The translations under genes and the position numbers were made by a program. From an uncultured delta proteobacterium (GTDB lineage Bacteria; Desulfobacterota; Desulfobacteria; Desulfobacterales; Desulfosalsimonadaceae): a stretch of 64,000 nt of DNA. Where the stretch lies: positions 816,472-880,471 of the forward strand of contig CAWGYD010000001.1 of assembly GCA_963826785.1 (NCBI GenBank), read 5' to 3'. The notes beneath the pieces were generated by a model. That model searched no databases. It saw only the letters and a list, made by a program, of their open reading frames with translations, and was not told the DNA's origin. Positions 18,148 through 26,624 of this stretch are shown here, piece by piece (within the stretch, counting starts at the first letter, position 1; every line of letters starts with the position of its first letter).

Positions 18148-19468
18148 CTACATCTCTGTTTCCGGGTGAAACACATTGACTTCTTTTAAATCATCGCCCA
18201 GGTACTCACGTTCGTTGGGCCCCAGGATGCCCAATGACAGGCAGATCAGGGTCCACAGGTGAACCACACTGTAATGACCGCCGTAATGCTCGCTCAGTTC
18301 ATGAATCTGTGCGTGGCAATTATGGCATCCGGCAATGCAGTAAGTGGCGCCGGTGGCCTGGATCTGTTCGTCTTTCAACCGGCCGTATTCCAGCCGGGCT
18401 TCCTTGTAGCCGGATTGCAGAAAACCGCCGCCGCCCCCGCAGCAGTAATTATTGGATCGGTTGGGGGTCATGTCGATGAAGTTTTCTTCCCCCACCACCG
18501 ATTTCACCACGTAATCGCAGATCTTCGGCGATTGGATCTCCGTAGCTCTTGCGGACGATCTGGCAGGGATCCTGAACCGTGAACTTGATCTTTAAATCCC
18601 GGTTCCAGTCGGAGTTGACTTTGAGCTTTCCTTCCCGGATCCATTTGGCATAATATTCATAGATGTTTTTAACGTCGAAGCGATGCTCGATATTGAATTT
18701 TTTCAGTCCGGCCCGGACTGCGAAGGTGACGTGCCCTCACTCTGTATTGAGAAAGGTCTTGCACCCCAGTTCATGGGCCTGGTCCGTGGCCGTCTGGACG
18801 ATGTGTTTCCAGGCGTCGTTGTCGGCCAGAAACATGCAGTAGTTTTCGCCGGCCCATCCTTTGGAACCGTAGGTCCAGTTCGCTCCCACCAGATGCAGGA
18901 TTTTCCAGAGGGGCACCATTTCGTCGGGTTCCGTCACCGGTTCACGGGAATTCTGGTTCAGGAAGAACTCGGCCCCCTGTTTGTCGATGGGCGCCTCCAT
19001 TTTGGCAAATTCCGGCTGGGCTTCCCGGTATTCCTCCAGCACATCTTCCACCACGAATTGGAAGTCATCCGGAGTGGTTCCCATGGCGCTGCAGCTTTCC
19101 GTGTTCAGGGCCATGTCGCACGATCCCAGGATCCCCTTGGGCCGGCTCTCCCGGGGCCAGGTGGTCCGGGCATTGAACACCAGTTGGGGAATATCGATCT
19201 TCATGGGGCAGACATGAACGCACCGCTGGCACATGCTGCACATCCAGACCCAGGGGGTGCTGGTAATCTCTTCATCCATTCCAAGGGCGGCCATGCGCAG
19301 AAACTTGCGCGGGTCCATTCCCTCCAGCCCGGTGGCCGGGCATCCTGCGGCACAGGCGCCGCAGGTGAGGCAAAGATTGAGATTGCCGCCCTCGGGCAAT
19401 AGCGCTTTCACCTTGTCCATGAAGGTGCTCTTTTTTGCGCCGCCGAGCTTGATGGTGTCTGTTTTCAT
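18148..19468 (-). CDS. Selenocysteine-containing (Fe-S)-binding oxidoreductase (4Fe-4S dicluster plus CCG domains, HdrD/GlpC-like); in-frame UGA at 18737-18739 and a +1 frameshift near 18513
   Basis: CLTCGACAAGCP and CSMCQRCVHVCP; reading through UGA gives NTE-U-GH (ECGH position) and stays open to QDPCQ; after one extra base it continues YVVKSVV..CCGGGGG..CHNC. Confidence 0.85.
18702..18724 (-). promoter_or_regulatory. Bacterial SECIS-like hairpin
   Basis: Minus strand TTCgcAGTCC-GGGCC-GGACTGAA; G-containing loop starts about 23 nt after the UGA. Confidence 0.75.
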
Positions 19469-19676
19469 CTTTTCTCCTGTTTTAGCGGTCCATCATAAAA
19501 ATGGTTTCGAAAAGGGATGTTCTGAATAAAATCCAGTATTCAAAATAGACGGTCTCGAAAAAGCCGGTTTTCACTAAATATCTGTCTTACTCAATAAGTA
19601 CTTGTTATTTCAGTATTTATGCCTTTGCGACAATGGCGGCGACTACGCTTGCCAGACTTTTAACGACTTCGGCAAA

Positions 19677-19718
19677 TAAGCATATGCTCAAAATAAAATT
19701 GCAGGCATCTGCTTGTCA
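19677..19718 (-). promoter_or_regulatory. Sigma70-type promoter plus operator copy 4 for the selenoprotein gene
   Basis: Minus strand TTGACA-N18-TATTTT-TGAGCATATGCTTA; same layout as at 13762. Confidence 0.7.
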
Positions 19719-19842
19719 AGGGGTTTTTATCATATGCTCAAAAAAAGAAGAGGTGAGACTCGATGACATCGAAATCGGATGCCATTGTGGTATTTTTTGA
19801 AAATATGGATTGAATTCGACCCCGCAGTGAATATTTTGATAT

Positions 19843-19856
19843 TGAGCATATGCCCA
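19843..19856. promoter_or_regulatory. Operator copy upstream of the orpR-like gene
   Basis: TGAGCATATGCCCA after TTGAAT...TATTTT; a weaker copy at 19727-19740. Confidence 0.65.
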
Positions 19857-19938
19857 AAAAATTGTAAGCTGATCAAAAAAGGTCAAGTGCAGCGGGCACG
19901 ATCAAGAATTGGAAATATACGAATAAACCGCTAATAAA

Positions 19939-21324
19939 ATGCCCAAAAACGACAATATGGATCAAAATACGACTCGGATCATCCTGGAGAGCATCTCAGA
20001 CGGTGTATTCACGGTTGATCCCAACTGGAAAATCACCTCCTTCAACCGGGCCGCCGAAGAAATCACCGGGATTTGTCGCTCGGAAGCCATCGGGCGGCAC
20101 TGCTGGGAGGTGTTTCGTTCCAATATGTGCGAGGGCGACTGCGCCCTGAAACGGACCATGAAAGAGAACAAGTCGTTCGTCAGCACGGCGACGTATATCA
20201 TCAACAGCCAGAAAAAACGGATTCCGATCACCGTCTCCACATCGCCCTTGAAAAACAGCGACGGCGAAATCCTCGGCGGTGTGGAAACATTTCGCGACCA
20301 CAGCCTGGTGGAGGAACTGCGCAAAGCGCTTTCCGCCCGATTCCAGATGGGAGATATGGTGAGCAGCAGCCCGGCCATGATAAAAATTTTCAATATTCTT
20401 CCCCAGGTGGCCCAAAGCGACTCAACGGTCCTGATTGAAGGTGAAACCGGCACCGGCAAGGAACTGGCGGCAAGGGCGATCCACAACGCCAGTCCCCGAA
20501 GAAACAAGCCGTTTGTCGCCATCAACTGCGGCGCCCTTCCGGATACCCTGCTTGAATCGGAGCTGTTCGGTTACAAGGCCGGCGCATTCACGAACGCCGT
20601 CAAGGACAAACCGGGGCATTTCGCCATGGCGGAAGGCGGAACGATCTTTCTGGACGAAATAGGGGATACCAGTCCGGCTTTTCAGGTGCGACTCCTGCGG
20701 GTTCTGGAGGAGAAAGCGTACCAGCCCCTGGGCGGCATCAAAAAAACAGCCGCGGATATCCGCATCATTACGGCAACCAACAAGGTTCTTTTGGAAATGG
20801 TGGAAGAAGGAACCTTTCGCCAGGACCTCTTTTATCGCATCAATGTGGTCCGTATCGGGCTTCCGCCGCTTCGGGAGCGGATGGAGGACATTCCGCTTCT
20901 GGTCGAATATTTCATCGGCAAGTTCAACCGGATCAAAGGAAAAGCCGTCAGCGGAATGGTGCACGAGGCGCTGGAAAGGCTCATGTCTCATAATTTTCCC
21001 GGCAATATCCGGGAACTGGAAAATATCCTGGAACATGCTTTCGTCCTTTGCTCGGAAGGCGATATCGGCTTGCCGCATTTTCCCGGACACCTGTCGTCAC
21101 CGGCTCTTGTTAAGGATAATCGCATTTTTGTGTCTGACCCCATAAAGGCTGCGGAAATAGAGGTCATCACAGAGGCGTTGAAACGGAACCGCTACAATCG
21201 GCGGGCTGCGGCCGCTGATCTTGGAATGCACAAAAGCACGCTTTTCCGCAAAATTCATAAACTCGGCATCCATCTCCCGGAAGCGGACGGGCGCTCCGAA
21301 CGCTCCAGCCAATCGCCCTCATAA
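19939..21324 (+). CDS. PAS-containing sigma54-dependent activator (OrpR-like)
   Basis: PAS with CWEVFRSNMCEGDC; GETGTGKE, ESELFG, GAFTNA, LDEIGD, FRQDLFYR; Fis-type HTH; adjacent to orp-type genes. Confidence 0.9.
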   Translation: MPKNDNMDQNTTRIILESISDGVFTVDPNWKITSFNRAAEEITGICRSEAIGRHCWEVFRSNMCEGDCALKRTMKENKSFVSTATYIINSQKKRIPITVSTSPLKNSDGEILGGVETFRDHSLVEELRKALSARFQMGDMVSSSPAMIKIFNILPQVAQSDSTVLIEGETGTGKELAARAIHNASPRRNKPFVAINCGALPDTLLESELFGYKAGAFTNAVKDKPGHFAMAEGGTIFLDEIGDTSPAFQVRLLRVLEEKAYQPLGGIKKTAADIRIITATNKVLLEMVEEGTFRQDLFYRINVVRIGLPPLRERMEDIPLLVEYFIGKFNRIKGKAVSGMVHEALERLMSHNFPGNIRELENILEHAFVLCSEGDIGLPHFPGHLSSPALVKDNRIFVSDPIKAAEIEVITEALKRNRYNRRAAAADLGMHKSTLFRKIHKLGIHLPEADGRSERSSQSPS

Positions 21325-21325
21325 C

Positions 21326-21363
21326 GACGCATGGTTGCGACCATACGGTCGCATCGTTGCGCC
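21326..21363. promoter_or_regulatory. Tandem activator-binding sites (UAS)
   Basis: GACGCATGGTTGCGAC and GTCGCATCGTTGCGCC, about 100 bp upstream of the sigma54 promoter across an AT-rich spacer. Confidence 0.6.
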
Positions 21364-21448
21364 TGTCGATGGAGTCTCCATCTTTAAAAATCTCGCCGTT
21401 CTTTTTTAAATATTTGATATGATATTATATATTTACTTACAAATCATA

Positions 21449-21464
21449 TGGCACGCTTGATGCA
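21449..21464 (+). promoter_or_regulatory. Sigma54 -24/-12 promoter of the orp-like operon
   Basis: TGGCACGCTTGATGCA (GG-N10-GC). Confidence 0.8.
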
Positions 21465-21493
21465 AACTTGAAGATGAGAGGAGAGCTTCCGGT

Positions 21494-22030
21494 ATGAGAA
21501 TCGCACTGACAGTCTGGGAAGACCGGATTTCACCGGTCTTTGATGCAGCAACGACGCTGCTGATCGTCGATCTGGTGGAGGAAGGCTTGACCGATCGGCA
21601 TTTGGCGACGCTCCCCCGGAGGGGTTCAGCGCAGCAAGCCGGGATACTGAAACAGCTCGGGGTATCGATTCTGATCTGCGGGGCCATTTCGGAAGGGCAC
21701 GCAAACAATATCGCTTTCAGCGGCATCGAGCTGATACCTTTTATTTCCGGAAAAACCGAGAACATCCTTGAGGCGTTTGCAAGCGGGGAGCCGATTATAC
21801 CGGCATTTTCCATGCCGGGATGCGGCGGACCCTGCCGCAGACGTATGATGAAACATGAGGAGGTGATGAATATGCCGAAAAAAGATGGAACCGGGCCTGC
21901 GGGCAAGGGGCCAGCCACTGGAAAAGCCCGTGGCGGATGCAGATCCGGGAAGGTCGGAGGAAAAGGCAGAGGTCCTGGACGCGGCCAGGGTCGCAAATCC
22001 GGGCAGAATCAGGACCCGCGCCCGGAATAA
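21494..22030 (+). CDS. NifB/NifX-family FeMo-cofactor-binding protein reading in frame into a Gly/Arg-rich DUF5320-like tail (internal start at 21872)
   Basis: RISPVFD, LICGAIS, FSMPGC; internal GAGGAGGT RBS then MPKKDGTGPAGKGP. Confidence 0.8.
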   Translation: MRIALTVWEDRISPVFDAATTLLIVDLVEEGLTDRHLATLPRRGSAQQAGILKQLGVSILICGAISEGHANNIAFSGIELIPFISGKTENILEAFASGEPIIPAFSMPGCGGPCRRRMMKHEEVMNMPKKDGTGPAGKGPATGKARGGCRSGKVGGKGRGPGRGQGRKSGQNQDPRPE

Positions 22031-22061
22031 AAAAATCAATCTCAGTGACGGAGGATACATC

Positions 22062-22385
22062 ATGCCAGGATATGACAGAAGCGGCCCGCTCGGCACCGGG
22101 CCCATGACCGGCAGAAGGCGCGGTCTGTGCAACAACACATTCGCACAATTTCGTCCCGGCTTTGGAAGAGGCCCGGGACTGGCAAGGGGATTCCGGGGCG
22201 GTTCGGGACCCGATTTGAGAGGCGGTTTCGGCAGGTGGTTCGGCCGGCAGCCAATGGATTACAACCAAAATCCGGATGACTCTGCGCATGAACTTCAAAC
22301 ATTGAAAGTCCAGGTGAATTCGTTGAAAGATTCGCTTGAGGCGGTCATCAGAAGGCTTGCTGATCTGGGAAAAAACGAAAATTAG
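22062..22385 (+). CDS. DUF5320 family protein
   Basis: MPGYDRSGPLGTGPMTGRRRGLC, Gly/Arg-rich, C-terminal coiled coil; GGAGG RBS. Confidence 0.85.
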   Translation: MPGYDRSGPLGTGPMTGRRRGLCNNTFAQFRPGFGRGPGLARGFRGGSGPDLRGGFGRWFGRQPMDYNQNPDDSAHELQTLKVQVNSLKDSLEAVIRRLADLGKNEN

Positions 22386-22415
22386 GCGAATCCATTCAAG
22401 TTATCTTATCCATGC

Positions 22416-22447
22416 GAAACGCAAGGGCGCTAAAACCCTTGCGTTTC
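22416..22447. terminator. 12-bp perfect intercistronic hairpin
   Basis: GAAACGCAAGGG-cgctaaaa-CCCTTGCGTTTC. Confidence 0.5.
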
Positions 22448-22472
22448 AGGTGAGGTTTTTGCGGGGAAAGAA

Positions 22473-22856
22473 ATGACCCAGGTACTTCTGGTCACTGGCG
22501 ACGAGACACATTTTTCTTACATGTGTTCCGTGTTTGCCGAAAAAGAAATGAAAACAGTGTGTGTCCATTCCGGTTCCGAGGCGCTTTCGACTGCGGCGGG
22601 CCGAGGTTTTGACCTGATCGTCGCCGATGAACACCTGCCGGACATGACCGGTCTTGAACTGGCGGCAAAGACGCTATCCGAAAACCCCTTCACCCATTTT
22701 GCGGTTGTCAGCACGCTTTCCGACGGGGAGTTCCACGAGTCCAGCGAAGGCATGGGGATCCTGATGCAGCTTTCGCCCTCTCCCGGAAAAGAAGAAGCCG
22801 AAGAACTGGTGAATCATCTCAATAGGGTTCTCCTGCTGACGCATAAAATAAATTAA
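22473..22856 (+). CDS. Single-domain receiver-like protein (atypical)
   Basis: DLIVADEHLPDMTGLEL; lacks the canonical KP. Confidence 0.8.
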   Translation: MTQVLLVTGDETHFSYMCSVFAEKEMKTVCVHSGSEALSTAAGRGFDLIVADEHLPDMTGLELAAKTLSENPFTHFAVVSTLSDGEFHESSEGMGILMQLSPSPGKEEAEELVNHLNRVLLLTHKIN

Positions 22857-22948
22857 AGTGGAGGACTTGATCGCCGGGAAACTGCAGGAAATCCAAAATG
22901 ATCAGGTATGCGGCGGAGGCGTCGGCCATTGACAAAAAGGAGGATCAA

Positions 22949-23305
22949 ATGAAAATTGCAGTGACATCCCAGGGTAAAAGCCTTGACTCGCCCATCGACC
23001 CACGCTTCGGAAGGGCTCCCTATTTTTTGATCGTGGATACGGAAAGTCTCGAGTTTGAAGTCGTGGACAATTCCGTCAATATGGGCGCGTTCAAGGGGGC
23101 CGGTATTCAGGCGGCGGCTTCGGTGAGTAAAAATGGCGCCAGGGCCTTACTGACCGGTTACTGCGGGCCCAAAGCGTTCCAGGCACTGGAAGCGGCGAAA
23201 ATCAAGGTGGCGAGCGACGTTTCCGGCACGGTCAGGGAAGCCGTGGCGGCGTTTAACCAGGGGAAGGTATCGTTTGCCTATGCCCCCAATGTGGCGGCGC
23301 GCTGA
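22949..23305 (+). CDS. NifB/NifX-family protein (orange-protein-like)
   Basis: MKIAVTS, DPRFGRA, GAGIQAA, LTGYCGPKAF; AGGAGG RBS. Confidence 0.9.
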   Translation: MKIAVTSQGKSLDSPIDPRFGRAPYFLIVDTESLEFEVVDNSVNMGAFKGAGIQAAASVSKNGARALLTGYCGPKAFQALEAAKIKVASDVSGTVREAVAAFNQGKVSFAYAPNVAAR

Positions 23306-23351
23306 TAATGCGTCCCGGAAATCCTATGTGTATTAAAAAAAGGACCAGACC

Positions 23352-24194
23352 ATGAAGATGCATACTTCTGAAGGGATCGGAATCATGGAGAAACCGCCGG
23401 AAAAGGATCCGGATGAGTTGGCGCGGCAATCGCTGACCCGGATCAGGCATAAACTCCTTGTCATGAGCGGCAAGGGGGGCGTGGGAAAGACAAGCGTTTC
23501 GGTCAACCTGGCCATTGCCCTGGCCGGCAGGGGATACAAGGTCGGCCTGATGGACGTGGATGTTCACGGTCCCGATATCCCGCGGATGCTCGGCCTGAAA
23601 GGAATGATCGGCGGTGATGACAGTGGAAAGCTTCTCCCCTTGCATTATTCCGATCATTTATCCGCGATTTCAATTGAATCGCTCATGCCTGACAAGGATG
23701 CCGCCGTGATCTGGCGGGGACCGGTCAAGCATTCCCTCATCCGCCAGTTTATCGGGGATGTGGCGTGGGGAGATCTCGATTACCTGATCATCGATTCCCC
23801 GCCGGGAACGGGTGATGAACCGCTGACCGTCGCTCAGTTGGTCAAGGATGCGCAAGCCGTCATCGTCACCACTCCCCAGGAAGTCGCGTTGGCGGACGTC
23901 CGGAAATCGATCAATTTCTGCAAAAAGATGGGAATGGTAATTTTCGGGCTGGTGGAAAACATGAGCGGCCTGACCTGCCCCCACTGCGGCAAAGTGGTCG
24001 AAATATTCGGGGCCGGAGGCGGCGAGCATACCGCGGCCGACGCGGCAATCCCGTTTCTCGGCCGCATTCCTTTCGATCCGAATATGGTCAATTGCGGTGA
24101 TAACGGGATTTCCTATCAAGAACGGTATGGGGAATCGCCCGTTACCGCTGCATTTGCCAAAATAGCTGAAAATATAAGAGCAACCCTGAAATAA
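23352..24194 (+). CDS. Mrp/NBP35 Fe-S carrier ATPase
   Basis: SGKGGVGKT, DVDVHGP, WRGP, DSPPGTGDE, ENMS..CPHC. Confidence 0.95.
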   Translation: MKMHTSEGIGIMEKPPEKDPDELARQSLTRIRHKLLVMSGKGGVGKTSVSVNLAIALAGRGYKVGLMDVDVHGPDIPRMLGLKGMIGGDDSGKLLPLHYSDHLSAISIESLMPDKDAAVIWRGPVKHSLIRQFIGDVAWGDLDYLIIDSPPGTGDEPLTVAQLVKDAQAVIVTTPQEVALADVRKSINFCKKMGMVIFGLVENMSGLTCPHCGKVVEIFGAGGGEHTAADAAIPFLGRIPFDPNMVNCGDNGISYQERYGESPVTAAFAKIAENIRATLK

Positions 24195-24217
24195 ACTTCA
24201 AAAAGTGACGGAAAGGA

Positions 24218-24568
24218 ATGAAAATGAAAAAAGTGGCGATTGTCGGATGCGGGGCTTACATGGAAAGCGGGTACGGGTGCCCCGGGGAATGGCGCTGTCT
24301 GAAAGCGGCCGCCCTGGGAGAAGGTAAATTCGAGGACCCTTCTTCGGTTGTGGCGTTTGTCAAATGTGAATGCCCGGGCCGGGCACTTGCGCCGAACACG
24401 GGGATGGCGATGAAGCTTTCGGAAATGAAACCGGATGCCATTTATTTGAGTTCCTGCTTGGTTAACGCAAAACCGGGATGCCCGTACGCCACTGCCGAGG
24501 AAATGGCAGAGATTCTCCAGAACAAGACCGGCGTTCCCGTTATCCTGGGAACGCATGAATATCACTGA
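24218..24568 (+). CDS. CGGC-domain-like Cys-rich protein
   Basis: GCPGEWRC, CECPG, SSC..PGCPY, GTH C-terminus. Confidence 0.8.
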   Translation: MKMKKVAIVGCGAYMESGYGCPGEWRCLKAAALGEGKFEDPSSVVAFVKCECPGRALAPNTGMAMKLSEMKPDAIYLSSCLVNAKPGCPYATAEEMAEILQNKTGVPVILGTHEYH

Positions 24569-24588
24569 AGGCAAAAAAGGAGAATCGG

Positions 24589-25434
24589 ATGATCATCAGT
24601 GTGGCCAGCGGTAAAGGCGGCACGGGAAAGACGACGATCGCCACCAACCTGGCCTTGTCTTGTGGAGGCGATGTCCAGTTTTTGGATTGCGATGTGGAAG
24701 AACCAAACGCGCATCTTTTTATCCGTCCAGATGTCCGGGAGATCATTGCCGTCAGCACGCCCGTTCCGGAGGTGGACATGGAAAAATGCACCCTCTGCGG
24801 GAAATGCAGTGAAATATGCCAATTTAATGCCATTGTGGTCCTCGGAGAAACTGTTTTGCCCTTCCCTGAACTCTGCCACAGCTGCGGCGGATGCATGTTG
24901 GTATGCCCGGAAAAAGCCATTTTGGAAACAGGCAGGGAACTCGGTGTCATTGAGCGCGGCAGCCGCAACGGAATGGAATTCATCCACGGGAAACTGCGGA
25001 TCGGCGAGGCGATGGCCCCGCCGCTCATCCGTAAAGTGCGGGAATACCAAAGGCCGGACATCCTGACGATCATCGATGCGCCGCCCGGCACCTCCTGCCC
25101 GGTGATCACCTCAATGCGGGGCGCGGATTTCGTGCTGTTGGTGACGGAGCCCACCCCGTTTGGCCTTCACGATCTGAAACTTGCGGTCGGGGCGGTCGAA
25201 ATTCTCGGAATTCCTTGCGGACTGGTGATCAACCGTTCCGATATGGGCGATGACCATGTCCGGGAGTATGCCGAATCGGAGGGTTTACCTATCCTGATGG
25301 AGATCCCGTTTGACCGGAAAATAGCGGAAGCCTATTCCAGGGGTGAAATGATTATCGACGCCATCAGCGGATGGAAGGAACGTTTTCTGGATCTGCACCG
25401 GCGCATCGAGAGTATCGTCACGCAGAAATCGTAA
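24589..25434 (+). CDS. MinD/ParA-type ATPase with inserted 2x[4Fe-4S] ferredoxin (Orp-complex ATPase)
   Basis: SGKGGTGKT, DCDVEEPN, CTLCGKC..C, CHSCGGC..CP, DAPPGTSCP, VTEPTPFG. Confidence 0.93.
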   Translation: MIISVASGKGGTGKTTIATNLALSCGGDVQFLDCDVEEPNAHLFIRPDVREIIAVSTPVPEVDMEKCTLCGKCSEICQFNAIVVLGETVLPFPELCHSCGGCMLVCPEKAILETGRELGVIERGSRNGMEFIHGKLRIGEAMAPPLIRKVREYQRPDILTIIDAPPGTSCPVITSMRGADFVLLVTEPTPFGLHDLKLAVGAVEILGIPCGLVINRSDMGDDHVREYAESEGLPILMEIPFDRKIAEAYSRGEMIIDAISGWKERFLDLHRRIESIVTQKS

Positions 25435-25533
25435 CCGGGGAAACGACATAAAAGGCCATGAACACGGCTATGGTGCACTTGAAAAGAAACTGTCCGCTTT
25501 TTGGAAATTGGAAAAAAAGAACCCATAGCAGAT

Positions 25534-26613
25534 ATGAATACGGAAGAAGTCGATACCATCATCATCGGGGGCGGCCTCAGCGGGATTTATGCGGCCTCTC
25601 TGATGGCGGCAAGGAAGAAATCTATAGTTTTGCTTGAGGCCCGTTCCCGTGTCGGGGGAAGGATTTTGAGTTTGGAGCACCAGGGCTTTTTTGCTGATCT
25701 GGGACCATCCTGGTATTGGCCCATGGTCAATCCAAAGGTAGCCGCGCTGATACAGGAACTGGGCATTAAAGGATATCCTCAGTTCGAAACAGGACTGGGT
25801 CGACTTCAGGCCAGGGATGGTCATGCCGAAACCATTGCAGGTTATCCGATGGATCCACCCGGATGGCGGCTTATCGGTGGAATGATCTCCCTTGTTAAGG
25901 GGCTTTGCGCTCGGATTCCCGAAGATATCATTAGACTGAATCATCCGGTCAGCGAAATTGAACGGCTGGGCAATGGCGTCCGGGTCACAGTGGGGCGTCA
26001 TGACCAGGAGCCCAAATGCCGGCTGAAGGCATCCAGAATCATTCTTGCCATGCCGCCCCGGCTTGCGGCTCGCTCCATTTTGTTTACACCTGATTTATCC
26101 TACGATCTTATCCAGGCAATGTTAAAATCGAGCACCTGGATGGCAGGACATGCAAAGTTCTTTGCCCTTTATGATAAGGCGGATTGGCGAAAAATGGGCC
26201 TTTCCGGGCAGGGGTTCAGCATGTGCGGCCCCCTGGCGGAGATCCATGACGGATCCAGTGAAGCAAACAGCCCCTATGGGCTGACCGGATTTGTCGGCAT
26301 CCCGGCTTTGCGGCGTAACAATAGAAAAGACATGATCCAGTCCATCCTCAATCAGCTCACCCTTCTTTACGGATATGGGGCGGGACAGCCGATCCAAATT
26401 TATTATCAGGATTGGGCAAAAGAAGAATTTACAGCCACCGAATATGACCAGCGGTCTGCCCACAATCACCCGGAGTTCTGCCCGCCTTCCGGGAAAACGA
26501 GCATCTGGGGCGGCATGTTTCACTTTGCCGGCACTGAAACCGCGGACCATTTCGGCGGTTACCTCGAAGGCGCATTATCCAGCGCTGAACGCGCATCTTC
26601 TTTTTCTTTGTAA
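25534..26613 (+). CDS. Flavin monoamine oxidase family protein
   Basis: GGGLSG, LEARSRVGGR, DLGPSW, FAGTET..GGYLEGA. Confidence 0.9.
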   Translation: MNTEEVDTIIIGGGLSGIYAASLMAARKKSIVLLEARSRVGGRILSLEHQGFFADLGPSWYWPMVNPKVAALIQELGIKGYPQFETGLGRLQARDGHAETIAGYPMDPPGWRLIGGMISLVKGLCARIPEDIIRLNHPVSEIERLGNGVRVTVGRHDQEPKCRLKASRIILAMPPRLAARSILFTPDLSYDLIQAMLKSSTWMAGHAKFFALYDKADWRKMGLSGQGFSMCGPLAEIHDGSSEANSPYGLTGFVGIPALRRNNRKDMIQSILNQLTLLYGYGAGQPIQIYYQDWAKEEFTATEYDQRSAHNHPEFCPPSGKTSIWGGMFHFAGTETADHFGGYLEGALSSAERASSFSL

Positions 26614-26624
26614 TGTCATTCGGA

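Noticed and set aside
23303..23308. Sec read-through at the end of the NifX gene
   Set aside because: TGA is followed immediately by TAA and falls at the normal C-terminus.
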